Source: an uncultured bacterium | GTDB taxonomy: Bacteria > Bacteroidota > Bacteroidia > Chitinophagales > Chitinophagaceae | Direction of reading: 5' to 3' | DNA: 59,676 nucleotides | Assembly (NCBI GenBank): GCA_963923775.1 | Contig: CAWULX010000001.1 | Span: 1-59,676 of the forward strand | Part shown: positions 17,069-27,899 of the stretch, piece after piece | Position numbering within the stretch: position 1 is the stretch's first letter | Layout of the letters: each line of letters opens with the position of its first letter | Notes under the pieces: model-generated | The model's input: only the letters and a program-made list of their open reading frames with translations | The model's database searches: none | What the model was told of the DNA's origin: nothing | Made by a program: the position numbers and the translations under genes

Positions 17069-18082
17069 ATGCAACCATTAAAAATAGGAATTATAGGCAG
17101 TGGAAGTTGGGCAACAGCTATTGCAAAAATTGCGGCAGATAATGGTAATCAGATTGCTTGGTGGATTCGTCAAGAAGCCAATATTGATTATTTTAAGAAA
17201 CGTCACCATAATCCTCATTATCTAAGGAATGCTTATTTTGATGTAACAGGTATTCAGTTTTCATCCAATATTTTAGAGGTGATAACTGCTTCTGATGTAT
17301 TAATAATGGCTGTACCATCCATTCATATTGTATCCTGTTTAGAAAAGGTAGAAGCAAAACATTTAAAGGAAAAGAAAATAGTTTCTGCTATTAAAGGGGT
17401 ATTACCTATTCATAATATTTTATTGCATCAATATTTAGCCAAGGCCTATCAATTTCCTTTAGAGCATTACTTTACATTATTGGGTCCAAGTCATGCAGAA
17501 GAAGTAGCAGCTGAACAATTGTCTTATTTAACATTTTCTGGTATTGATTTGCCATTTACTCAACAAATAGCTAATTGTTTTACATCTGAATACATAAATA
17601 CAATTGTTAATTCAGATGTGGTGGGAGTTCAATATGCTGGAGTAGTTAAAAATATTTATGCATTAGGAGCTGGAATTGCACATGGATTAGAATATGGAGA
17701 TAATTTTTTAAGCGTATTTATTGCAAATTGCGCTAACGAAATGCAATTATTATTAAGTGCTATAATGCAACAAGAGGGGCATGCTTGCAAAAGCATTAAT
17801 TATAATGCTTCAGTATATTTAGGTGATTTATTAGTGACTTGTTATTCTTTGCATAGTAGAAATAGAACCTTCGGAAATATGATTGGAAAGGGGTATTCTG
17901 TGAGAGCTGCTGAATTAGAATTAAATATGGTGGCTGAAGGTTATAATGCTAGTAAATGTATCAAAACCATTAATATAGAATTAAAACAGTCTATTCCTAT
18001 TATAGATGCAATATATGCAGTTTTATGGGAGGGAGCTAGTCCCATAGAGACTTTTAAAGAGTTGGAGAAGATCCTACTTTAA
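17069..18082 (+). CDS. gpsA: NAD(P)H-dependent glycerol-3-phosphate dehydrogenase
   Basis: GSGSWATA, SAIKG, GPSHAEEV, KNIYAL, GDLLVT, SRNRTFG, AEGY motifs. Confidence 0.94.
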   Translation: MQPLKIGIIGSGSWATAIAKIAADNGNQIAWWIRQEANIDYFKKRHHNPHYLRNAYFDVTGIQFSSNILEVITASDVLIMAVPSIHIVSCLEKVEAKHLKEKKIVSAIKGVLPIHNILLHQYLAKAYQFPLEHYFTLLGPSHAEEVAAEQLSYLTFSGIDLPFTQQIANCFTSEYINTIVNSDVVGVQYAGVVKNIYALGAGIAHGLEYGDNFLSVFIANCANEMQLLLSAIMQQEGHACKSINYNASVYLGDLLVTCYSLHSRNRTFGNMIGKGYSVRAAELELNMVAEGYNASKCIKTINIELKQSIPIIDAIYAVLWEGASPIETFKELEKILL

Positions 18083-19196
18083 AAAAGTCGGAAGCAATTC
18101 CATCTGCAAAGAATTTTGCAGATTTTTTTAAACTATAGTTTTGTTCGATTATTTCAAAATAATCTTTGTTAGACAATTCTTTTAATATTTCAATGGTGTG
18201 TTCAAGATATGCTTTCCCAAATTTAGTTTCAATAGTTTGTAAATTAAATCCCTCTAAACATCTTATAGAAATCATCATGTATTCATTGTATTGTGTGGGT
18301 AGTTCTAAAATTTCCTTTTCGAAGTTTAATTCATTTTTTTGCAATGTTTTTATATACAATGCATTATTAGCAATATTCCATTGTCTAGAATCTCCATTAT
18401 AAGAGTGTGAAGAAGGTCCAAGTCCAAGATAAGGCAGCCCCTTCCAATAACTACTATTATGTTGACTTCTGAAACCTGGTTGAGCAAAGTTGGATATTTC
18501 ATAATGTTCAAATCCATTCTTTGTTAAAAAATCAACCACTATTTCAAAATGTGCCGCCTGATCTTCATTCGCAATATTTTTGATGGTTCCTTTTTGTATC
18601 ATGGAATGAAGTGCCGTTTTTTCTTCAATAGTAAGAGCATAGCAGGATACATGAGGAATTTTATATTCTTTAATGAATTCTAGATCTGATATTAATTGTT
18701 CATTAGTATAATGTGGTGTCCCATAAATTAGATCGATGTTTATATTATTAAATCCGTGATTCTGTGCCAATTGAATAGATCTATGAGATTGTTCTATTGT
18801 ATGAGCTCGATTCATCCATTTCAATGCATCTTCTTGAAAACTTTGAATACCAATACTTAGTCTATTTATACCCATATTTTTCCAATATAGGAGTTTGACT
18901 TCATCAATATCGTCTGGATTTGCTTCTAAAGTTAACTCAATGGACTCTTGAAAAGTAAAATGTGATTTAAGCGCATTAAGGATAAGCGATAATTGACTTT
19001 TTGTTAGCAGAGAAGGCGTCCCTCCTCCAAAGTAAATGGTCTGAATGGGCTGGGAAATGTAGTCTTTTCTGAGTTTTATTTCTTTTACTAGTGCATCAAC
19101 AAAACTATCAATATTGTTAGTTTGGGTACTAAAATGAAAGTTACAATAATGGCAAGCTTTTTTACAAAAAGGGATATGTATGTAAATTCCTGCCAT
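18054..19196 (-). CDS. hemW: Radical SAM heme chaperone HemW (HemN-like)
   Basis: YIHIPFCKKACHYCNF, YFGGGTPS, YEISNFA, HNSSYW motifs; start taken at the second ATG (MAGIY). Confidence 0.9.
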   Translation of the reverse strand: MAGIYIHIPFCKKACHYCNFHFSTQTNNIDSFVDALVKEIKLRKDYISQPIQTIYFGGGTPSLLTKSQLSLILNALKSHFTFQESIELTLEANPDDIDEVKLLYWKNMGINRLSIGIQSFQEDALKWMNRAHTIEQSHRSIQLAQNHGFNNINIDLIYGTPHYTNEQLISDLEFIKEYKIPHVSCYALTIEEKTALHSMIQKGTIKNIANEDQAAHFEIVVDFLTKNGFEHYEISNFAQPGFRSQHNSSYWKGLPYLGLGPSSHSYNGDSRQWNIANNALYIKTLQKNELNFEKEILELPTQYNEYMMISIRCLEGFNLQTIETKFGKAYLEHTIEILKELSNKDYFEIIEQNYSLKKSAKFFADGIASDFFKVGSSPTL

Positions 19197-19265
19197 ATGC
19201 ATTAATAATGCACAAAGCTAGTCATTAGTTACTAATTCTGCATTAGTATACTTATTTTTGCTAGG

Positions 19266-20282
19266 ATGTTTTTAACTATACGAAAATTATCTTTTATTGT
19301 ACTAGGGTGTTTGGCTTTAAGTTCTTTCACTCAGGTAGATTCTGTTTCTCGAAAAGTAGATAGTGCGCTAGCAACATTAGATACAGTTGTTAAAAAAGAT
19401 ACTCTATTGATTCAATATGTTCCTGTAATCCCAAAAACATTTCAATTGTCAGATGCTAATCATTTTGCTTTTTTGCATGGCGCATCTATTGATTCAAATT
19501 ATAATCCCCTTAAAGACTATAAAACATATTTCGCTCAAAGAAAAAATGCTTTTAAATTATATAATGAATTAGTGACTAAGTCAAACGAAGGGCCTATTAT
19601 ATTTAGAATTGAACAAAGGTTTTCTTTACCAGATAAAGACTTGCTGTTTTATACTATTTTTGGTTTATTATTTTTATTTGCTTTTGTTCACAATATTTAT
19701 CCTCAATATTTTCCAAAATTATTTAGCCAATTTAATCAGTCCTCTTTAAGAATGCTACAAAATAGAGAGCAATTATTGCAAAATAGTTTAGCTTCTTTAT
19801 TGATGAATATTGGGTTTATTTTGAGCTTTTCATTAATGGCAACATTACTCATTTTTAACAGGCATTTATTAGCACTTTCATTTTGGGAGGGATATGGTTA
19901 TATCTGTTTATTCTTTACTTGTTTATATATAGGCAAATACCTTTTTTTACTTTTAGCTGGCTATACATTTAATAGCATGGAATTAATACAAACCTATGTA
20001 TTTGTGATATTTATGATCAATAAAGTATTGGGTATTTTATTGCTCCCTTTTATATTAATCTTGGCTTTTGCAAGGCCATATTTTTATGATTTTGCCATTG
20101 TGGGAGGCGCCGTTTTGTCAGTATTATTAATCCTCTACAGATACCTATTTTCTTTAACAACTGTTAGGAATAAATTACATATATCTTCCTTTCATTTTTT
20201 TCTATACCTTTGTGCTTTCGAAATAGTACCTATCTTGATTTTGTATAAACTAGTCGTACAATATTTTGGTGGTACTTATTAA
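19266..20282 (+). CDS. Membrane protein, DUF4271-like
   Basis: Soluble N-terminal part plus multiple TMs ending FHFFLYLCAFEIVP; directly upstream of the hemD-like gene, a familiar Bacteroidota arrangement. Confidence 0.7.
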   Translation: MFLTIRKLSFIVLGCLALSSFTQVDSVSRKVDSALATLDTVVKKDTLLIQYVPVIPKTFQLSDANHFAFLHGASIDSNYNPLKDYKTYFAQRKNAFKLYNELVTKSNEGPIIFRIEQRFSLPDKDLLFYTIFGLLFLFAFVHNIYPQYFPKLFSQFNQSSLRMLQNREQLLQNSLASLLMNIGFILSFSLMATLLIFNRHLLALSFWEGYGYICLFFTCLYIGKYLFLLLAGYTFNSMELIQTYVFVIFMINKVLGILLLPFILILAFARPYFYDFAIVGGAVLSVLLILYRYLFSLTTVRNKLHISSFHFFLYLCAFEIVPILILYKLVVQYFGGTY

Positions 20283-20297
20283 AATTGGAAAGTGAAA

Positions 20298-21059
20298 ATG
20301 GCAATAAAAAAAATTCTTATTTCTCAGGCTAAACCAGAGAGCGAAAAGTCTCCCTATTTTGATCTAGAGCGCAAGTACAATGTTTCATTGTTTTTCCAAC
20401 CTTTAATTCAATTGGTTGCCATTCCTGCAAAAGATTTTAGAAAAACCAAGATAGATATCACTGAATATACTGGTGTTATTTTTACCAGTAAAAATGCTAT
20501 TGATCATTTCTTTAGAACCTGTGATGAATTAAAAATCAATATTAACCAGGATACAAAATATTTTTGTATCACAGAATCAGTTGCATTATATCTTCAAAAA
20601 TTTATCATGTACCGTAAACGTAAAGTTTTCTTTGGTTCAGATGGTACTAATAAAAAGTTATTTGATGTTTTAAATAAACATAAGGCGAATGAACGCTTCT
20701 TATATGTATGTAGTGAAAACCAACAAGATAACGAGATCGTAAATTGGTTGAAAGATCATGGTTGTAGTTTTGAACTTGGATATATGTACCGTTCAGAAAG
20801 TACAGATATTAAACCTTTACTGAAAGAGCATAAATTTGATGCGGTATGTTTATTTACCCCAAGTGGATTAAAAAGCTTCTTAGATAATCAACCAGGTTTC
20901 AAACAGAATGGGACTATCCTTGGTGCTTTTGGTTCTAATACCTGTAAGGCAGTAGCAGATGCTGGACTAACTTTACATATTCAGGTTCCCAGTCCACAAA
21001 CACCTAGCATGGTGGCAGGCTTAGATCAATTCTTAGCACAGCAGTCCAAAAAGAAGTAA
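20298..21059 (+). CDS. hemD: Uroporphyrinogen-III synthase family protein
   Basis: [47 protein letters not shown] motifs. Confidence 0.8.
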   Translation: MAIKKILISQAKPESEKSPYFDLERKYNVSLFFQPLIQLVAIPAKDFRKTKIDITEYTGVIFTSKNAIDHFFRTCDELKININQDTKYFCITESVALYLQKFIMYRKRKVFFGSDGTNKKLFDVLNKHKANERFLYVCSENQQDNEIVNWLKDHGCSFELGYMYRSESTDIKPLLKEHKFDAVCLFTPSGLKSFLDNQPGFKQNGTILGAFGSNTCKAVADAGLTLHIQVPSPQTPSMVAGLDQFLAQQSKKK

Positions 21060-21069
21060 ATTGCACTAT

Positions 21070-23088
21070 ATGAGTGCTACTACAAAATTCACGAATGCGC
21101 TCATTCATGAGCAAAGTCCTTATTTATTACAACACGCCCATAATCCGGTTGATTGGATAGCCTGGGCGCCTTCTATTTTTGAGTTAGCTTCAAAACAAAA
21201 TAAACCCATATTATTGAGTATTGGGTATGCTGCTTGTCATTGGTGTCATGTGATGGAAAGAGAAAGTTTTGAAAATGAGGAAGTAGCAAAATACATGAAT
21301 GCTCATTTCATTAATATAAAAGTTGATAGAGAAGAGCGACCTGATGTAGATCAAATTTATATGGATGCTTTACAGGCCATGACAGGTTCTGGTGGATGGC
21401 CATTGAATATATTTTTATTACCCAATGGAAAGCCTTTTTATGGGGGAACTTATTTTCCGCCAAAAACAATCCCACAAAGAGCTTCCTGGATGGAAGTGTT
21501 AAAAGGAGTGCAAGAGGCTTATGCAAATAATAAAGAAAAATTAATTGAACAAGCTGAACAGCTGACCAATCATTTGGTGCAAACCAATATTAGAGAGCGT
21601 TTAGCAGAAGATTCAAGTATAATTTATCCAAGTATGGATGAGTTTGATTTGATAGCAAAAAGAATTTTACAAAATGCGGATACACAGTGGGGAGGTTTTG
21701 GTGCAGCGCCAAAATTTCCCCAAACATTTTCTATACAAGTATTATTAAGAAATTATTTTGCCAATAAAGATCAGGTAGCCATTGTTCATGCAGTAAGAAG
21801 TTTGGATAAAATGATTCAAGGAGGTTTATATGATCATTTAGGTGGTGGATTTGCAAGATATAGCACAGATGCACAATGGCAGGCACCTCATTTTGAAAAG
21901 ATGTTATATGATAATGCTTTATTAATTACTGTTTTATCAGAAGCTTATCAATTAACTCAAAAATCGGTTTATAAAAAAGTGATTGAAGAAACAATTGAAT
22001 TTGTTTTTAGAGAACTTTCAGATGATTCAGGAGCTTTCTTTGCTGCATTAGATGCGGATAGTGAAGGGGTGGAAGGAAAATTTTATACATGGTCATACAA
22101 AGAGTTACAAAACCTATTACCTGAAAAATTATTTATTCCTTTTCGTGCCTTTTTTCAAATTAAAGAAGAAGGCAATTGGGAGCATACCAATATAATTTGG
22201 ACTACACAATCTGTAGAAAATGCTTGGACAGAAGAATTGGTAGAAGCCAAGAAAATTCTTTTTAAACATAGAGCTGAGCGAATTCGTCCAGGTACAGACA
22301 CTAAAATTTTACTTTCTTGGAATTGTTTTATGATTATTGCTTTATGTAAAGCCTATGCTGTTAATGAAGATAAAAATTTGTTAGAAAGAGCGCAAAGAAA
22401 TATGGATTGGTTATTAATTCATATGCAATCAAAGGAAGGATATCTTTTCCATAGTTATACTAATGGAGTGGCCAAATCAATGGCTTTTTTAGAAGATTAT
22501 GCTGCATTGATTCAAGCATTAATAGATTTGCATAAAGTAAGTGGGCAAAAAGAATATTTGATTCAAGCAAAAAATTGGATGGACTTTGTGCAACAACATT
22601 TTATCGACGAACAAGGAGTTTTTTTCTATTTTACCAGTGATGAGCAATTGGATGGGATTATTCGAAAAAAAGATAGTTATGATGGTGCTACCCCTAGTAG
22701 TAATGCCATGATTTGTTTAAGTTTAATTTACCTTGGAAGCATTTTTGATTTGCCTCAATGGGTGGAGCAAGCTGAAAAAATGTTGGCATCTATGCATAAA
22801 ATGATAGTGCAGTATCCAAGCTCTTTTGGCTATTGGGCACAAAGTTTTTTTCAAATGGCCTATGGTTTAACTGAACTAGTGGGAATTGGTCCTGATGTAG
22901 AAAAAAATCTATATCCAATTTTAAAACAGTTTTTACCCCATTGTCTACCTCTATGGATGAATTCAGAAGATAGTAAATTTCCAACCACAATTGGGAAACA
23001 AGTTGTTGGTAATCAATATTTTAGATGTAATAATAAGACCTGCTCGCCCCCCTTCTTGGAAATTGAAGGCATTTTAGCAAATATCTAA
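21070..23088 (+). CDS. Thioredoxin-domain protein, YyaL/SSP411 family
   Basis: [48 protein letters not shown] motifs. Confidence 0.93.
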   Translation: MSATTKFTNALIHEQSPYLLQHAHNPVDWIAWAPSIFELASKQNKPILLSIGYAACHWCHVMERESFENEEVAKYMNAHFINIKVDREERPDVDQIYMDALQAMTGSGGWPLNIFLLPNGKPFYGGTYFPPKTIPQRASWMEVLKGVQEAYANNKEKLIEQAEQLTNHLVQTNIRERLAEDSSIIYPSMDEFDLIAKRILQNADTQWGGFGAAPKFPQTFSIQVLLRNYFANKDQVAIVHAVRSLDKMIQGGLYDHLGGGFARYSTDAQWQAPHFEKMLYDNALLITVLSEAYQLTQKSVYKKVIEETIEFVFRELSDDSGAFFAALDADSEGVEGKFYTWSYKELQNLLPEKLFIPFRAFFQIKEEGNWEHTNIIWTTQSVENAWTEELVEAKKILFKHRAERIRPGTDTKILLSWNCFMIIALCKAYAVNEDKNLLERAQRNMDWLLIHMQSKEGYLFHSYTNGVAKSMAFLEDYAALIQALIDLHKVSGQKEYLIQAKNWMDFVQQHFIDEQGVFFYFTSDEQLDGIIRKKDSYDGATPSSNAMICLSLIYLGSIFDLPQWVEQAEKMLASMHKMIVQYPSSFGYWAQSFFQMAYGLTELVGIGPDVEKNLYPILKQFLPHCLPLWMNSEDSKFPTTIGKQVVGNQYFRCNNKTCSPPFLEIEGILANI

Positions 23089-23203
23089 CAAATAGATTTA
23101 GTAAATTGCAAAGCCTTATTATATTGAGAATCAGAGAGTTTAGTATTAAGAAGGGTAATAAATCGTTTTATCATTGATCTACCTATGTGGTTAATAATTT
23201 GAT

Positions 23204-24502
23204 ATGAGTAAGCAAATAATAAATTTTAGAATCGGATTTCCTGCTTTCATTTTGATTACTGTTTTGGTTTCATTGGTATTCATGTCTCAGAAACCAGGTC
23301 GTTTACGTAGAGCAAGATTTACTTCAGACAGATATACAACTGAAATTCCTGCAGGTTCTTTTAACATGGGACCAAGTGATGAACAATTTGATTTAGCGAT
23401 GGTAAATAGAAAAAAATTAGTTTCAATAAATAGTTTCTGGATGGATAAAACAGAAATTACGAATGAACAATATAGAAGATTTGTAAATTATGTTGCAGAT
23501 TCATTAAAATTTTTAGCAATTTATAAAGGTGGTATTAATCAACCTGATGAAGATTCTTTAAGAGTTGATTGGAATAGAGCATCAAAAATTAACTTCAAAA
23601 GCAAAGCAGTCTTAGAAAAACTAAATGAATTATTATTGAGCCCTGATAATCGTATCCAAGGTAAAATTGATTTGGATCCTAATAAATTAGTTTATCGATA
23701 TACTTATATCGATTTAAAAGCTGCTGCCAGAGCTTCAAAAGGTTTGGAGAAATCATTAAGTGATTTTATTGTTACTCAAAATCAAGCAGTGTATCCAGAT
23801 ACTTTAGTTTGGATGAGAGATTTCTCTTATTCTTATAACGAACCACAAACAAGATTGTATTTTTCACATCCTGCATATAATGATTATCCAGTTGTTGGGG
23901 TAACATGGAAGCAAGCAGTGGCTTTTTGTAATTGGAGAACCAATAATAGTGATTATTATTTAGGAAGAAAAGGAAGACCAGAATATAAAATAGATGGTAT
24001 CTATAGATTGCCTACTGAAGCAGAATGGGAATACGCTGCAAGAGGTAATTCAAAAACCAATGCAATGTATCCATGGGGGTCTCCTTATACTAGAACTTCA
24101 CAGGGTAGATTGTTAGCCAATTTTAAACAAGGTAGAGGAGAATATTTTAGTGGAGGAGAAAATAACAGAGCGGATAATATTTATACTACTAAAGTGGGTA
24201 GCTTTTCTCAAAATTTAAATGGGTTTGATTTGTATGATATGTCTGGTAATGTGGCTGAATGGACAAGCTCTGTATTTTATGAAGGTGGTTATAATTTTTT
24301 AGGAGATTTTAGTCCAAGTGTTGAGTATAATGCAAAAGATAATGATCCTATTTTAATGAAAAGAAAAGTGATCAGAGGCGGATCTTGGAAAGATATAGCT
24401 TACAATATTCAAGTAAGTACGCGAAATTACGAATACCAAGATACTGCAAAATCTTATATTGGATTTAGATGTGTCTTGACAATGGGTCCAAGAAATAAAT
24501 AA
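23204..24502 (+). CDS. gldK: T9SS/gliding motility protein GldK (PorK), FGE-sulfatase fold
   Basis: FWMDKTEITN, VYPDTLVW.RDF.YSYNEP, YFSHPAY.DYPVVGV, RLPTEAEWEYAARG, RGGSWKD, IGFRCV; first gene of the K-L-M-N order. Confidence 0.9.
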   Translation: MSKQIINFRIGFPAFILITVLVSLVFMSQKPGRLRRARFTSDRYTTEIPAGSFNMGPSDEQFDLAMVNRKKLVSINSFWMDKTEITNEQYRRFVNYVADSLKFLAIYKGGINQPDEDSLRVDWNRASKINFKSKAVLEKLNELLLSPDNRIQGKIDLDPNKLVYRYTYIDLKAAARASKGLEKSLSDFIVTQNQAVYPDTLVWMRDFSYSYNEPQTRLYFSHPAYNDYPVVGVTWKQAVAFCNWRTNNSDYYLGRKGRPEYKIDGIYRLPTEAEWEYAARGNSKTNAMYPWGSPYTRTSQGRLLANFKQGRGEYFSGGENNRADNIYTTKVGSFSQNLNGFDLYDMSGNVAEWTSSVFYEGGYNFLGDFSPSVEYNAKDNDPILMKRKVIRGGSWKDIAYNIQVSTRNYEYQDTAKSYIGFRCVLTMGPRNK

Positions 24503-24538
24503 GTACAAATACATATATTCATTTTATAAATTAAACTA

Positions 24539-25222
24539 ATGGCAAATACCATTTCTCCGAAAACGAACAAAATTATTAATGTTGTCATCTCATTAGGTGC
24601 AGCTGTTGTAATTCTTGGTGCTTTAACTAAGTTGATTAATTTACCAGGTGCAGACTGGTTATTGATTGCGGGTTTAACTACTGAAGCTGCTATTTTTGTT
24701 ATTTATGCATTTTTACCACCGCCGGACATGAGTGCTCCAGCAGGTACAAGTACTGGAGCTACTGATTCAGTAGTAGCAAGTTTGGAAGCCGCAAAGTTAG
24801 ATGAGGCTGCTTTTAAAAAATTAAGTAGCTCTTTTGAAAAACTAAATGATACAGCAATGAATTTGGGAGATTTAGCTGAAATGGCTAAATCTAGCAAAGA
24901 ATTTACAAATAATACAAAAGATGCTGCTATAGCATTAGGTGCTGTTAAAGAATCAGTTGCTAGTGTTGCAAATAATTTAGGAAGTTTTGCTTCAGCTACT
25001 GACGGTGTAAAAAATTTGAATGAACAATTTGTAACCATGACTAAAACCATGGAAGCGATGAACAATTATTATGGTAAATTATCTGAGGCTTCAAATGCCA
25101 TGTCTAGTTCTGCTGCTGATGCAGTTAGAGCTAAAGAGCAAATTGCATTATTGGCTGACAATTTAACTAAGTTAAATCAGATATATAGTAACATGTTGAA
25201 CGCAATGCAGGGTCGTCAATAA
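24539..25222 (+). CDS. gldL: Gliding/T9SS motor subunit GldL
   Basis: GAAVVILGAL.K and GLTTEAAIF (conserved TM Glu); coiled-coil tail ending LNQIYSNMLNAM. Confidence 0.93.
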   Translation: MANTISPKTNKIINVVISLGAAVVILGALTKLINLPGADWLLIAGLTTEAAIFVIYAFLPPPDMSAPAGTSTGATDSVVASLEAAKLDEAAFKKLSSSFEKLNDTAMNLGDLAEMAKSSKEFTNNTKDAAIALGAVKESVASVANNLGSFASATDGVKNLNEQFVTMTKTMEAMNNYYGKLSEASNAMSSSAADAVRAKEQIALLADNLTKLNQIYSNMLNAMQGRQ

Positions 25223-25261
25223 AACCAGCTAACAAACTAATCATTTTAAAAACTAGTATAC

Positions 25262-26806
25262 ATGTCATTACCTAAGGAGCCGAGGCAGAAGATGATTAAC
25301 ATTATGTATTTAGTGTTGACTGCATTATTGGCATTAAATGTATCTAGCGAAATTTTGAACGCATTTAAAACTATTGAACAGAGTTTGACAAATGCCAATG
25401 TGATTATTCAAAAAAAGAATACGGACATTATCAAATCGCTACAGAAAAAATTAGAAGATCCTAAAACGGCCGAAAAAGCTGCAATATGGGCGCCTAAAGC
25501 TGCAGAAGCGCAAAAGTTATCAGATGAAATATATACTTATGTGGAAACTTTAAAATCTGGTTTAAAAAAAGAAGCAGGATTAAAAATCAAAGATGGAGTA
25601 GAGGAGTATAATGATCATGATTTGAGTTCAACTACTAGGTTTTTCTTAAAAGGAGCTACCCCTAACAGAGGAGCAGAGCTTTTAAATAGATTAACTGAGT
25701 TTAAAAACAAATTAGCTGCTTTAGATCCAGGTATTGCAAAAGAAATTATACCAACATTGCCTCTAGATTTAACTATACCTAAAACATCTACATTGGCTGG
25801 TAAAAACGATTGGGGTTATGCTTATTTTAATATGACTCCGCCCATTGCTGCTATTACAATTTTAACCAAATTTCAAAACGACATTAGAAACAGTGAGTCA
25901 CAGGTAATGGAATATTGTCATAAAGAAATTGGTGAAGTTGAATTAGTCTATGATCAGTTTAATGCTTTTGCTTCCTCTAATTCACAATATTTAATGTCAG
26001 GCGAAGAATTAGTTATCACAGCTGGTGTTGGAGCGTTTAGTAGTGCTGCAAAACCAACTATAAGTATTGATGGTGCGGTATTGCCAATTGGTCCAGATGG
26101 AACAGCTTCATATAAATCTGTGGCGGGTTCTCCAGGTTTAAATAGTAAGCGTGTAAGAATTTCATTCTTAAAGCCTAATGGCGAAACTGCAGTAGTAGAG
26201 AAAGATGTCAAGTACACTGTTGGTACACCTACAGGATTAGTTGTATCTACAGATAAGACAAGGGTATTTTACAAGGGTTTGCCTAATCCATTAAGTGTAA
26301 CTGGGGGCGGTGGAGCAGAAAAAGTTAATGTAAGTGTTGAGAGTGGTGCTGCAACTGTTAAAAAAGTAGGTCCTGGACAATATGAAGTAAGTTGTAATCA
26401 ATTAGGTGCTGTTACTTTAAATGTGAACGATGGAAAATCTACAAGCAAAGTAACTATTCCAGTTAAAAGAGTTCCAGACCCAATTGCTATTGTGGGTGGA
26501 AGTGCTGGAGGTAATATGGCTGCAAGTGTTTTCAGGGCACAACAAGGAGTTATAGCAGACTTGAGAGACTTTGTTTTTGATGGAATAAAATTCAATGTTG
26601 TTTCATTTTATGTAATTTGTACTGGCAAGGGCTTTGATGAACCTGATTTTGAAGAAGTAACTGGCGCAAAATTTTCAGGAGGCGCTTCAGCTTTGATTAA
26701 GCGTTGCCAACCAGGAACTACTGTTACCATTGGAGAAATTAAGGTTAGTGAACCAGGTGGTGGTACTAGAAAATTAGATCAAACAATCACTTTTATTCTT
26801 CAATAA
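25262..26806 (+). CDS. gldM: Gliding/T9SS motor subunit GldM
   Basis: N-terminal PRQKMINIMYLVLTALLALNVSSEILNAF signature. Confidence 0.95.
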   Translation: MSLPKEPRQKMINIMYLVLTALLALNVSSEILNAFKTIEQSLTNANVIIQKKNTDIIKSLQKKLEDPKTAEKAAIWAPKAAEAQKLSDEIYTYVETLKSGLKKEAGLKIKDGVEEYNDHDLSSTTRFFLKGATPNRGAELLNRLTEFKNKLAALDPGIAKEIIPTLPLDLTIPKTSTLAGKNDWGYAYFNMTPPIAAITILTKFQNDIRNSESQVMEYCHKEIGEVELVYDQFNAFASSNSQYLMSGEELVITAGVGAFSSAAKPTISIDGAVLPIGPDGTASYKSVAGSPGLNSKRVRISFLKPNGETAVVEKDVKYTVGTPTGLVVSTDKTRVFYKGLPNPLSVTGGGGAEKVNVSVESGAATVKKVGPGQYEVSCNQLGAVTLNVNDGKSTSKVTIPVKRVPDPIAIVGGSAGGNMAASVFRAQQGVIADLRDFVFDGIKFNVVSFYVICTGKGFDEPDFEEVTGAKFSGGASALIKRCQPGTTVTIGEIKVSEPGGGTRKLDQTITFILQ

Positions 26807-26831
26807 AAAAGTGGTTTAAATATAAGTTGTT

Positions 26832-27899
26832 ATGAAAAAGACCTATTTAGTTATATTCATCATTGCTTCTGTATTTTTACAGACAAAAAGCTTTGCGCAG
26901 TTTAATTTGCCAAAGAAAAAGGGTGCGACCAATAAGACAACTACAGAAAAAGTAGAATCAAACACCCCAAGTGTTGAGACTACACCTATAAAAGCCGTTC
27001 CTGCACCTTCAAATACTACTACTGATCCTGCAAATATCAAGCCTTCTAAAACGATTGACACTACTGTGGTGGGTGGATTTAATAGTAATAATAAGAAAAG
27101 CCTAAGAAATAATTATGCTTTTTTCTCTGAAACTAAAAAGAGAAAAGGCGTGCAAGAGCGTTTACCTTTACCTTATGAAAATTTAAGAGAAGAAGATGCT
27201 TTGTTTAGTGAATTTGTATGGGAGGAAATTGATGCAAGAGAAAAAATTAATAGACCCTTTATATATCAAGCATATGATGATAATGGTGATCAAAGATTTT
27301 TTGCCATTTTATTAAGAGCAATTGAAAAAGAAGGTATTACCGCTTTTTCAGCAGAAGATGATCGCTTTACAACACCTTTAAGCATGGATGAAATTAATGC
27401 CAGCTTAAAAGGGACATTGGATACACAATTAGTTCAAAATGTGGACAATCCAAATATATATGACACTACGGTTATTTATAATACTAAATTAGCACCACAG
27501 CCCGATTCGATTTATACTTTTAGATTAAAAGAACAATACATTTTTGATAGCAAAACAAGTAGGATGTATTGTAGAATAATTGGTATAGCGCCTGTGGCCT
27601 CTATTCAAATAAGAGATAAGGTAATCAAAAGACCTTTATTCTGGGTCTACTATCCTGATTTGAGACCAATTTTAGCACGTAACGAAGTATATAATCCTAA
27701 AAACTTTTCTAGTAGAATTACTTGGGAGGAATTATTTGAAAGCAAATTTTTTAATGGATACATTATTAAGTCAACCTTAGACAACTATAATGACAAGCCT
27801 TTAAATGTTTTATATAAGGATCCAATGAGACGATTGATAGAGGGAGAGAAGATCAGACAAAAGATCTTTAATTACGAACAAGAGCGTTGGGTTTACTAG
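26832..27899 (+). CDS. gldN: Gliding/T9SS protein GldN
   Basis: Signal peptide; LPYENLREED, WEEID.REKIN, RIIGIAP, LFWVYYP, IFNYEQERWVY; follows gldM. Confidence 0.9.
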   Translation: MKKTYLVIFIIASVFLQTKSFAQFNLPKKKGATNKTTTEKVESNTPSVETTPIKAVPAPSNTTTDPANIKPSKTIDTTVVGGFNSNNKKSLRNNYAFFSETKKRKGVQERLPLPYENLREEDALFSEFVWEEIDAREKINRPFIYQAYDDNGDQRFFAILLRAIEKEGITAFSAEDDRFTTPLSMDEINASLKGTLDTQLVQNVDNPNIYDTTVIYNTKLAPQPDSIYTFRLKEQYIFDSKTSRMYCRIIGIAPVASIQIRDKVIKRPLFWVYYPDLRPILARNEVYNPKNFSSRITWEELFESKFFNGYIIKSTLDNYNDKPLNVLYKDPMRRLIEGEKIRQKIFNYEQERWVY

